Source of the DNA: Desulfobulbus sp.
GTDB lineage: Bacteria > Desulfobacterota > Desulfobulbia > Desulfobulbales > Desulfobulbaceae
NCBI GenBank assembly: GCA_003978695.1
Contig: QNYF01000062.1
Location: forward strand, 1-48,677
Direction of reading: 5' to 3'
Length of the DNA stretch: 48,677 bases
Shown here piece by piece: positions 1-7,946 of the stretch. Numbering within the stretch: the stretch's first letter is position 1; each line of letters starts with the position of its first letter. The notes beneath the pieces were generated by a model. That model searched no databases and was not told the DNA's origin. It was given only the letters and a program-made list of their open reading frames with translations. The translations under genes were made by a program, and so were the position numbers.

Positions 1-83
1 CAATGAAGATGCTATGAAATGTATTCTGATAACAAAGCCGGATACCGTCACAAGGCGTCATAAGGCAAATTATTAAACGCCAG

Positions 84-287
84 TCAACCGATCTGAGATG
101 CAAGCTCAGACAAGGTATGAATAAATTTTTCTGAACGATGGAAATTATCACGCAGTTTTTGTGGTGTTTCTGCGAGAGAACCAAACGTTTCAACAAAATA
201 TCCGTTAATAAAATCGTGATGCAGATCCCGGGATTTTGCGAGCATGGGAGCCGCATTTTTCCTGACCTGCGAATCCAGCATCAACAA
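84..287 (-). CDS. hypothetical protein fragment (downstream frame of an apparently split ORF)
   Basis: A 67-aa ORF with a helical, protein-like sequence (LMLDSQVRKNAAPMLAKSRDLHHDFINGYFVETFGSLAETPQKLRDNF...). It overlaps the 3' end of ORF 205..615 in another frame and has only a TTG start. No family recognised. Confidence 0.35.
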   Translation of the reverse strand: MLMLDSQVRKNAAPMLAKSRDLHHDFINGYFVETFGSLAETPQKLRDNFHRSEKFIHTLSELASQIG

Positions 288-615
288 ACGATTTTTCTTT
301 TTCTTCCGAGAGCAGCATGGCCACCATTGCTTTCAATCCGCCATCGTTGACGTAAGATGTAAATCTTGCAAAATCCTCTTCGGTCAATTCATCAGCACCG
401 CCAAACATTTTGACGATTTTAAATATGAACGCCACCAGGCTGCTGCTGCTGACCTCCTCAAAAAACTGTTGATGATTTGAAATAACCTTACCGGTCTCAG
501 CAAGTAACTCGTTAAATTCTGCCTGCTCCTGCCCCGGATACATCGAATATAACGGCGACAACACTTCATTCTGAATTGTTTTAACCTTACTGCTCACTGT
601 AAACGGATTAATCAC
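205..615 (-). CDS. hypothetical protein (upstream frame of an apparently split ORF)
   Basis: ORF 205..690. The likely start is the GTG at 615, preceded by GGAGGAAGG about 5 nt upstream. The last ~28 aa (SFVDAGFAGQEKCGSHARKIPGSASRFY) look non-protein-like, consistent with a frameshift near the A-runs at 291-302. No family recognised. Confidence 0.45.
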   Translation of the reverse strand: MINPFTVSSKVKTIQNEVLSPLYSMYPGQEQAEFNELLAETGKVISNHQQFFEEVSSSSLVAFIFKIVKMFGGADELTEEDFARFTSYVNDGGLKAMVAMLLSEEKEKSFVDAGFAGQEKCGSHARKIPGSASRFY

Positions 616-762
616 CTGCCTTCCTCCCACTTTTCGTTTGTAACATATAAAAACACACGGAGATTCTACCTCAATTCTCAAAATACACAATCATTCTGCT
701 TTCCTATAAGAGCACAATATTTCAAAAAGTCATCAACGCCCTTTCGCCGGTTTATTAAACGT

Positions 763-960
763 GTAACTCTTCAGCCCCCCAACCAGGCGCCAGACATATA
801 TTTCAAAAATGATAGAATCTCAGCACGTCGGGACTTTTCCATTTTGAAAATGTACATCTGACCAGTCACAGGACAATGGTTGTGGTAGTTTTTCGCCGCT
901 CACTGACGAGTGACTGAAACGTTTACTCTTTGCAAGGGGGGACCGTCCTGAATCGGTTAT
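763..960. repeat. mosaic palindromic intergenic repeat, copy 1 (GTAACTCTTCAG... family)
   Basis: It starts with GTAACTCTTCAGCCCCCC and ends with GGGGGGACCGTCCTGAATCGGTTAT, an imperfect terminal inverted repeat. Its internal module ACAGGACAATGGTTGTGGTAGTTTTTCGCC is shared with the copies at 40370-40410, 41008-41054 and 21378-21568. Confidence 0.7.
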
Positions 961-1122
961 AAAGCCAATTTCGCGCACATCTATCCACCGAAAAAATGGT
1001 GCATTTTACCCAAAAAATAGATTTTTTCACCGTCGCCAACAAAAAATCACAAATAAAACAAACCGCCCTTTGAGATAATTCCTTTAAAGAGTCCACTTAT
1101 GAGACACAAGGCCGAATTTGAC

Positions 1123-1151
1123 TAGACAAGACATCATCATCTTGATATAAT
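1123..1151 (+). promoter_or_regulatory. candidate sigma70-type promoter upstream of nuoA
   Basis: TAGACA (1123-1128), a 17-nt spacer, then TATAAT (1146-1151). It lies about 235 nt upstream of the nuoA start. Pattern match only. Confidence 0.3.
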
Positions 1152-1387
1152 TAACTTTTTCTCACAGCATCAGGAGCTACGTATTCACTTGCAGGAACGC
1201 TTCCCAATAAAGTATCAGCCCAACTGAACATAACTATTTTTTTTTCAAATTTTACTTATTGCTGGAGTTCGATTAGCGTAGGCCACAATGTAGGGAAGAC
1301 AACACATTTCATCACTTTATCAAGTACAACAGTCGTAGTGAATTCATCATAGCCTTAATCACACAGCTGTTACAGGAAACATTGAAA

Positions 1388-1837
1388 ATGAACCCGATCC
1401 ATGCCCAACATCAAGCTGCTGAGATATTGACTCAAATGCAGCCAGACCCGGCCCTTGTTGCCGATGTGTACTCAATGGCATCAATGTTGATTTACGGAAT
1501 AATCTTTGCTGTTCTCCCTTTACTGGCCGGTCTTTTACTGGCTCCCCGTGAGACAGCGCCATTACTCGGTGCCATCTACGAATGCGGCATGCCAGCGTTT
1601 GGCCGGGCAAGAGCCGCCAAATTCGGAATTTTTTATTATTTATATGCCCTGATTTTCATCGTTTTTGAAGTTGATGTTCTCTATCTCTTTCCCATTGCAA
1701 AGATTTACAGAGAACATGTTGGCATGGTGGGTTTTTATGAAATTTTATTCTTTGTCATTGTACTGTTCCTGGCCGTAGCCTACGCCTGGACAAAAGGAGT
1801 CTTAAAATGGGAAAGGGAAGCGTTGTCCCTCCACTGA
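1388..1837 (+). CDS. nuoA: NADH-quinone oxidoreductase subunit A
   Basis: ORF 1382..1837, with an ATG at 1388 and AGGA about 11 nt upstream. It is a small 3-TM protein (…[18 protein letters not shown]…, …[13 protein letters not shown]…) and the first gene of a collinear nuo cluster. The start is uncertain; the ATG at 1436 is also possible. Confidence 0.8.
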   Translation: MNPIHAQHQAAEILTQMQPDPALVADVYSMASMLIYGIIFAVLPLLAGLLLAPRETAPLLGAIYECGMPAFGRARAAKFGIFYYLYALIFIVFEVDVLYLFPIAKIYREHVGMVGFYEILFFVIVLFLAVAYAWTKGVLKWEREALSLH

Positions 1838-2337
1838 TACATTTTGCCCAGCTTGAAAAGGTTTTAAATCATGCCAGGGCAAATTCGCTCTGGCCGCTGA
1901 CCTTTGGCCTTGCCTGTTGTGCCATTGAAATGATGGCTGCCGCCGGACCAAAATTTGACCTTGACCGTTTTGGCGCAGGAGTATTCCGTGCCTCTCCCCG
2001 ACAGGCAGACGTTATGATTGTTGCCGGGACTGTAACGCATAAAATGGCCGACACGGTGAAAAGGCTGTATCTGCAGATGCCCGCACCCAAATGGGTCATC
2101 GCCATGGGCAACTGTGCCATATCCGGAGGACCGTTCAAACTTGACGACTTAAACTACTCAGTTGTTGAAGGAGCAGACCAGATTGTTCCGGTTGACATTT
2201 ATGTACCGGGCTGTCCTCCCCGCCCGGAGGCGCTCATAGAGGCATTTCTCCAACTTGAAGAAAAAATCAGTGGCAGCCGCAGATTTCCGGAAGCACCGGT
2301 TGTAGAGCTGCCAAAAATTCCTTCAGAAACAGCGTAA
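1807..2337 (+). CDS. nuoB: NADH-quinone oxidoreductase subunit B
   Basis: Cluster N2 cysteine motifs are present: [20 protein letters not shown] and [11 protein letters not shown]. Confidence 0.95.
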   Translation: MGKGSVVPPLIHFAQLEKVLNHARANSLWPLTFGLACCAIEMMAAAGPKFDLDRFGAGVFRASPRQADVMIVAGTVTHKMADTVKRLYLQMPAPKWVIAMGNCAISGGPFKLDDLNYSVVEGADQIVPVDIYVPGCPPRPEALIEAFLQLEEKISGSRRFPEAPVVELPKIPSETA

Positions 2338-2344
2338 AGACACC

Positions 2345-2803
2345 ATGTCCCTCATTGAAACAGCACTGAATAAACACTCTCTTTCTCCGGAGCCTCTGGA
2401 ATATTCCGCAACCGGCCTGCACGCAAAAATCGTCATAAAAGGTGACCAACTCAAACCAATATGTCGTTCTCTGTACTCTGCCGGTTTTTTTCTGGAAACA
2501 GTCACGGCTGTTGATAATCTTTCTACAGAAATCATGCAGGGTCTCTGGTTTTTCAATCATTACAAGGAAAGCTCCAGACTCATGATTGTTATCGAAGCCA
2601 GCAGAAAAAATCCGGTTTTTCCATCCATTGGTGTTTTATATCCCGGAGCAATCTGGCATGAACGGGAAGCTGCTGAATTCTTCGGCATTACCTATGAAGG
2701 CAGCAAGGACCAACGGGGTCTGCTCCTGCCTGAGGATGTCAATTTCCATCCCTTACGTAAAGATTTCAAACGCCCCGAACATCAGATAACAGGTATCCAC
2801 TAA
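2345..2803 (+). CDS. nuoC: NADH-quinone oxidoreductase subunit C (short form)
   Basis: It carries the WHEREAAEFFGITYEG motif typical of the 30-kDa subunit and sits between nuoB and nuoD. Confidence 0.9.
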   Translation: MSLIETALNKHSLSPEPLEYSATGLHAKIVIKGDQLKPICRSLYSAGFFLETVTAVDNLSTEIMQGLWFFNHYKESSRLMIVIEASRKNPVFPSIGVLYPGAIWHEREAAEFFGITYEGSKDQRGLLLPEDVNFHPLRKDFKRPEHQITGIH

Positions 2804-3945
2804 TGTTTGAATCTCAAACTGCGCCAACATATCATCTGGAAACGGTCGAAGAACAGGAAAACGATTTTATCCTGAATCTTGGACCACAGCATCCCGGGAC
2901 CCATGGAGTTCTGCGTGTTATTCTGCATATGGACGGCGAGTACATACTGACCGCTGACCCCGTACTTGGATACGGCCACCGTATGCAGGAAAAAATAGCA
3001 GAAAACATGACATGGTCCCAGGTACTGCCCTATATGGCCCGCATGGATTACCTCAGCGCGTTATCCTACAATCAGGCGTGGGTCTGTCTTGTTGAAAAGA
3101 TGTGTGAGTATGAAGTCCCGCGCAGGGCAGAGTATATCCGGGTACTCACCACAGAGCTCAACAGAATCTCCAGCCACCTGCTCTGGTTTGGTGCCTTCCT
3201 TCTTGATCTTGGTGCGTTTACCCCGTTTCTGCATGCCTTTGAGGATCGTGAAACACTTCTTGACCTGCTGGAATCACTGACAGGCTCCAGGCTGACCTAC
3301 TGTTTTTTCCGGTTTGGTGGAGTCGGTGCTGATGTAGACGCTGCTTTCCTGCGGGGCGCGCAGGACTTTGTTAAGCAGATGCACACCAAACTGCCAAGGT
3401 ACCATGAGCTGGTGACCGGGAATGTTATTTTTCGTGAACGAACCCGGGACGTCGGCGTCATTCTCCCCTTTGATACCTGGGGTTACGGTTTAAGCGGCCC
3501 GGTGCTGCGTGGTTCTGGAGAACAGTACGATGTACGGACCAGTGAGCCCTATTCCATTTACCCTGAACTTGATTTCAACGTCCCCGTAGAGCAGAGCGGT
3601 GACTGCCTGGCCAGATATCTTGTTCGCTTAAACGAGATAGATGAAAGCCTGAAAATCATCGAACAAACCCTGGCTAATATGCCGGAGGGTCCGATTAAAT
3701 CCAAAGTTCCTAAAATTATCAAGCCACCTGAAGGTGAAGCCTCCATGGCTGTTGAAACCCCTCGGGGGGAGTTGATGATTTATGCTGTCAGCGACGGCGG
3801 GAAAGTACCCTATCGGGTCAAATACCGGGTCCCCTCCTTTGCCAACCTCAGTATTTTTTCCAAGATGGCAAGAGGTCAGCTGCTGGCCGACGCACTGGCA
3901 ATTCTTGGCAGCCTGGATCTTGTTATTCCGGAGATTGACAGATGA
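2803..3945 (+). CDS. nuoD: NADH-quinone oxidoreductase subunit D
   Basis: It has N-terminal GPQHPGTHGVLR and C-terminal LDLVIPEIDR. Its start overlaps the nuoC stop (TAATG). Confidence 0.95.
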   Translation: MFESQTAPTYHLETVEEQENDFILNLGPQHPGTHGVLRVILHMDGEYILTADPVLGYGHRMQEKIAENMTWSQVLPYMARMDYLSALSYNQAWVCLVEKMCEYEVPRRAEYIRVLTTELNRISSHLLWFGAFLLDLGAFTPFLHAFEDRETLLDLLESLTGSRLTYCFFRFGGVGADVDAAFLRGAQDFVKQMHTKLPRYHELVTGNVIFRERTRDVGVILPFDTWGYGLSGPVLRGSGEQYDVRTSEPYSIYPELDFNVPVEQSGDCLARYLVRLNEIDESLKIIEQTLANMPEGPIKSKVPKIIKPPEGEASMAVETPRGELMIYAVSDGGKVPYRVKYRVPSFANLSIFSKMARGQLLADALAILGSLDLVIPEIDR

Positions 3946-4904
3946 TTACAGAAATATCAATCATGCGAACCCTGCTGTCTATCCTGGGAATCACCCTGGT
4001 AGTCGGTGTAAACGCAATATTTGTGGTCTGGTTTGAGCGTAAGGTGGCCGGCCATATGCAGTATAGACTCGGCCCCACAGAAGTTGGTCCGGCAGGGCTT
4101 CTCCAGACAGTTGCCGACGGCCTGAAGCTGGTTTCCAAACAGATTATTTTTCCCCAGTCAGCAGATAAACCCATTTTTATCCTGGCACCGATCATCTGCC
4201 TGGTGCCTGTTTTTATAGCGCTTTTACCTGTTCCATTTTCAGCTACCTGGCAGGCCCATGAACTTGATATGGGACTTCTGCTGGTCATTGCCCTGGGGTT
4301 GCTGAATACACTTGGCATTCTCCTGGCTGGCTGGGGCTGCGACAACAAATACGCACTCCTTGGCGCTTCAAGGGCTGTGGCCCAGATCCTCGCCTATAAA
4401 ATTCCTCTGCTGCTCTGCATCCTGCCTATTATTCTTCTGGCAGGCACCTTCAGCCTGCGGGAAATTGTACTTGTCCAGGAACAGTCAACCTGGTTTGCCC
4501 TGTACCAGCCGGTTGGCTTTCTCATTTACCTGATCGCAATAACACTTGAAACAAATCGCAGCCCGTTTGACTTCGCTGAGGCAGAAAGTGAACTGGTTGC
4601 CGGTTTTCATACCGAATATTCAGGCATGATGTTTTCCCTGTTTTTTCTGGCTGAATATACCTACATGCTGGTGGCCTCGGCCATTGCCTCGATTCTCTTT
4701 CTTGGCGGCTGGCTGGGACCGTTTTTTCCAGGACCGGTGTGGATGCTGATTAAGATTTATTTTTTCCTCTTTTTGATGATGTGGTTTCGCTGGACCTTTC
4801 CCAGGGTCAGGGTTGACCAGATGCTCAGCTTTGGCTGGAAGATTCTGCTGCCGATTTCCCTGCTCAATTTCCTTATAACCGCCGGAGTGATGGCTGCCTT
4901 ATGA
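3942..4904 (+). CDS. nuoH: NADH-quinone oxidoreductase subunit H
   Basis: It carries the ERKVAGHMQYRLGPTEVGPAGLLQTVADGLKL motif and is polytopic. Its start overlaps the nuoD stop (ATGA), leaving no room for nuoE/F/G. Confidence 0.95.
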   Translation: MITEISIMRTLLSILGITLVVGVNAIFVVWFERKVAGHMQYRLGPTEVGPAGLLQTVADGLKLVSKQIIFPQSADKPIFILAPIICLVPVFIALLPVPFSATWQAHELDMGLLLVIALGLLNTLGILLAGWGCDNKYALLGASRAVAQILAYKIPLLLCILPIILLAGTFSLREIVLVQEQSTWFALYQPVGFLIYLIAITLETNRSPFDFAEAESELVAGFHTEYSGMMFSLFFLAEYTYMLVASAIASILFLGGWLGPFFPGPVWMLIKIYFFLFLMMWFRWTFPRVRVDQMLSFGWKILLPISLLNFLITAGVMAAL

Positions 4905-5362
4905 TGACAAGTTACGCACAAGATATCATAACCGGACTCTCAAGCCTTTTGACCGGTATGAAGGTGACCATAAAAACTATGTTCACCAAAGGACACACCG
5001 TCCAGTGGCCCAGACAGACTGCGCAACTCCCGCTTAATTTCCGCGGCCATATCAGGCTTGTGGCAAATGATTCCACGGGATTTGCAAAATGTATTGCCTG
5101 CGGGTCATGTGTTCGGGCCTGTCCCTCAAACTGTATAGAAGTCAAAGGAGAAAAACCAGAAGGTGCTAAAAAGAAGTCTCCTACCCTTTTCAGATTGGAT
5201 TTCACTAAATGCAGCCTGTGTGGATTATGTGTGGAGAGCTGCCCGGTAGCCGCAATTACCTTTTCCAGGGATTACGCACTTGCTGGACTTACCTCTGAAC
5301 CCTTTGCAGCAATGAACCTTCTTGATGAAGTTGCCTCACCCTTTGCAGGAGAAGAGCAATGA
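4901..5362 (+). CDS. nuoI: NADH-quinone oxidoreductase subunit I (2x[4Fe-4S])
   Basis: It has two CxxCxxCxxxCP motifs, CIACGSCVRACP and CSLCGLCVESCP. Confidence 0.95.
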   Translation: MMTSYAQDIITGLSSLLTGMKVTIKTMFTKGHTVQWPRQTAQLPLNFRGHIRLVANDSTGFAKCIACGSCVRACPSNCIEVKGEKPEGAKKKSPTLFRLDFTKCSLCGLCVESCPVAAITFSRDYALAGLTSEPFAAMNLLDEVASPFAGEEQ

Positions 5363-5871
5363 ACTTTGAACGATTTGCCCTTGATATATATGCACTGTCC
5401 TTTACCGCCCTGCTGGTACAGATGGTTGTTGGTGCTATTCTGGCCGTGCGCTCACAAAACCTGGTCCACTGTTTTATTGGCCTGGTCATGACGCTTATCA
5501 GTGTAGCGGGACTCTATTACTTCCTTGGCAGTCCGCTGCTTGCGGTCATGCAGGTCATGATCTATGTAGGCGCTGTCTGTGTAGCCATTGCCTTTGGCCT
5601 GTCTCTCACGCATAAGACGGGCGAAGAAGGTCTGCAGGCTCCGGGGCTTCGCGGAATTGTTCCACCATTTATCACCCTTGCCATGCTTGGTTCGGTCCTG
5701 CTTGGGCTTTCCAATCGTAAATGGGTTGGCTATCCGCAAAAAATCGATGAATCACCCATTGGCCAAATGCTTCTGGGAGAGTATCTCCTGCCCTTTGAGG
5801 TTATTTCCATTTTACTGACAGTCGCCGTTATCGGTGCCATCAGTATTGCCCTTATCCGGCGGAGGAATTGA
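5359..5871 (+). CDS. nuoJ: NADH-quinone oxidoreductase subunit J
   Basis: A 170-aa polytopic membrane protein in the J position, with an ATGA overlap with nuoI. Confidence 0.85.
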   Translation: MNFERFALDIYALSFTALLVQMVVGAILAVRSQNLVHCFIGLVMTLISVAGLYYFLGSPLLAVMQVMIYVGAVCVAIAFGLSLTHKTGEEGLQAPGLRGIVPPFITLAMLGSVLLGLSNRKWVGYPQKIDESPIGQMLLGEYLLPFEVISILLTVAVIGAISIALIRRRN

Positions 5872-5875
5872 ACTG

Positions 5876-6205
5876 ATGGAATATTTACACACTCTGCCAA
5901 ACAACCTGATTGTCTACGTCATTGTCGCCCACCTGCTCTTTGGTATAGGGCTTTATGGCATGATGTTCCGTTCGACCCTGATAGGTATACTGATCTCACT
6001 TGAGCTGCTCATTCAGGGTGTTGGCATAAACGTGATGGCCTTTGGCACGTTCCTGCATGTGGACCCGCTGTCAGCAAGAATCATGACCCTGTTTCTCCTG
6101 GGTATCGGCGCTGCTGAAGCAGCACTCTTTCTTGGTATTGCAGTTGCAGTATTTCGTAACTACAAAACCATTTCAATTAACAAACTGACTCGACTTAAAG
6201 GGTAG
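5876..6205 (+). CDS. nuoK: NADH-quinone oxidoreductase subunit K
   Basis: ATG at 5876 with GGAGGA about 10 nt upstream. It is a 109-aa 3-TM protein with SLELLIQGVGINVMAF (conserved membrane Glu). The longer ORF from 5834 overlaps nuoJ and was rejected. Confidence 0.85.
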   Translation: MEYLHTLPNNLIVYVIVAHLLFGIGLYGMMFRSTLIGILISLELLIQGVGINVMAFGTFLHVDPLSARIMTLFLLGIGAAEAALFLGIAVAVFRNYKTISINKLTRLKG

Positions 6206-6207
6206 TA

Positions 6208-7674
6208 ATGGAAGACACGATCACCTCAATCATACCTCTGCTTGCAGCCATGACCCCCATGGTTGCCGCCCTTCTGATTCCTTATTACAGGGCTGATCAG
6301 GATAAACGGGAATTGGTATCAATCATTGCCGCCTGTGTTACCTTTCTGCTGGTGTTGTCGCTTGTGCCCAGGGTCATGGACGGGCAAATTATCATCCTTA
6401 AACTGGTTGAAATTCTTCCAGGATTCAGTGTGAAATTCCGGGTGGACGGATTCGGCATTCTCTTTGCCACGGTTTCCTCGTTCCTTTGGATTTTTACCAC
6501 ACTCTATTCCATAGGATACATGCGTGGCTTGAACGAACACGCCCAGACCAGATACTACACCTGCTTTGCGCTCACCCTCGGTTCAGCTCTTGGAGTCGCT
6601 TTCTCCGGCAGCCTGTTCACCCTCTATCTCTGCTATGAGCTGGTCTCAATTTTCACCTACCCTCTTGTCATGCACCACGAAGACAGCGAGGGCTTTCAAG
6701 GGGCACGCAAATATCTGGTATATCTTATGGGAGCCGGAAAACTCTTTTTCCTGCCAGCCCTGGTTATTACCTATATTCTCACCGGCAACCTTGATTTCAG
6801 TGCCCAGCCGCTCTTAAGCGGAGACAGCAACCATATGATGCTGATAGCACTTTTTATCCTGTTCATGGCCGGACTTGCCAAGGCTGGACTGATGCCGCTC
6901 CACTCCTGGCTTCCCTCGGCAATGGTCGCCCCCACCCCGGTGTCCGCGCTCCTTCATGCAGTGGCGGTTGTGAAAGTTGGTGTCTTTTGTGTGGCCCGGG
7001 TAATCTATAATGTTTTTGGACCCGAGCTTATGCAGAATCTGCATCTGGTCATGCCGACTGCCTATTTTGCCTCGGCTACAATCCTTATTGCCTCAATGAT
7101 CGCCCTGACCCACGACAATCTCAAGGCCAGGCTGGCGTTCTCAACCATCAGCCAGCTGGCCTATATCACCCTTGGTTTTGCTCTGGTGTCTTTAAACGGC
7201 CTGACAGGCGGCGCTATTCATATAGCAAATCATGCCTTTTCAAAAATCACCCTGTTCTACTGCGCAGGAGCAATATTTGTTGCCACCGGCAAAAAGTATG
7301 TCAGCCAGCTGGACGGTATAGGCAGAATCATGCCGTACACAATGACGGCCTTTACCATTGGTGCCATGTCCATGATCGGCATCCCTGGAACTGCCGGATT
7401 TATCTCCAAATGGTTCCTCGGTCTCGGTGCTCTTGATAATAATTCAATGCTGTTGCTGGTCTTTCTGCTCACCAGCTCCCTGCTCAATGCGGGATATTTT
7501 CTCCCCGTTGTATACCGGGCATTCTTCAGGGAACCTGCTGCGGTGGATCTGCACCTTTCAGAAGCAAAACCAGCCATGGTGATTCCGCTTGCCGTAACGG
7601 CAACTGTGACTGTTCTTCTCGGGCTCTTTCCCGGTCCTTTACTGACATTAATTCAGGGGGTAATAGGTCGATGA
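6208..7674 (+). CDS. extra antiporter-like subunit (MrpD/NuoL/NuoM superfamily, proton-conducting membrane transporter)
   Basis: A 488-aa polytopic protein. The N-terminal part, FRVDGFGILFATVSSFLWIFTTLYSIGYMRG, resembles NuoL/MrpA-D. The core motif is LHSWLPSAMVAPTPVSALLHAVAVVKVG. There is no C-terminal lateral-helix extension. Confidence 0.85.
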   Translation: MEDTITSIIPLLAAMTPMVAALLIPYYRADQDKRELVSIIAACVTFLLVLSLVPRVMDGQIIILKLVEILPGFSVKFRVDGFGILFATVSSFLWIFTTLYSIGYMRGLNEHAQTRYYTCFALTLGSALGVAFSGSLFTLYLCYELVSIFTYPLVMHHEDSEGFQGARKYLVYLMGAGKLFFLPALVITYILTGNLDFSAQPLLSGDSNHMMLIALFILFMAGLAKAGLMPLHSWLPSAMVAPTPVSALLHAVAVVKVGVFCVARVIYNVFGPELMQNLHLVMPTAYFASATILIASMIALTHDNLKARLAFSTISQLAYITLGFALVSLNGLTGGAIHIANHAFSKITLFYCAGAIFVATGKKYVSQLDGIGRIMPYTMTAFTIGAMSMIGIPGTAGFISKWFLGLGALDNNSMLLLVFLLTSSLLNAGYFLPVVYRAFFREPAAVDLHLSEAKPAMVIPLAVTATVTVLLGLFPGPLLTLIQGVIGR

Positions 7675-7946
7675 TTGTTCGTTTTATTGCCTGGCTTCGC
7701 AGCCACATGCTCTTTGTGAAAATTGCGTGTTATATCTTTCTCGCCGGTCTTTTAATTGGTGACTTGTTTATTCCACGACATCATGCCCATTTCATCGGTG
7801 ACGTTATCCCCGGTTTCTGGGCAGCATTTGGCTTTATCGCCTGTGTCCTGATTATTATTGTCTCAAAATGGCTTGGGACTGCGTTTTTATTCCGTCCTGA
7901 TACCTACTACACTGATGTTGAATCATCTGAAGGTGAGATGAAATGA
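7671..7946 (+). CDS. small two-TM membrane protein of unknown function embedded in the nuo operon
   Basis: A 91-aa ORF with ATGA stop/start overlaps at both ends (7671-7674 and 7943-7946). It has two hydrophobic helices (KIACYIFLAGLLIGDLFI, FWAAFGFIACVLIIIVSKWLG) and an acidic tail. Confidence 0.6.
   Translation: MIVRFIAWLRSHMLFVKIACYIFLAGLLIGDLFIPRHHAHFIGDVIPGFWAAFGFIACVLIIIVSKWLGTAFLFRPDTYYTDVESSEGEMK

Noticed and set aside
5834-5875. Upstream extension of nuoK (and similar long starts for nuoA at 1382, the PEBP gene at 14895, grx at 40428, the aldolase at 20297 and DUF362 at 32322)
   Set aside because: The extensions overlap the preceding gene or a hairpin and lack an RBS. Internal ATGs with Shine-Dalgarno motifs give N-termini typical of the families.
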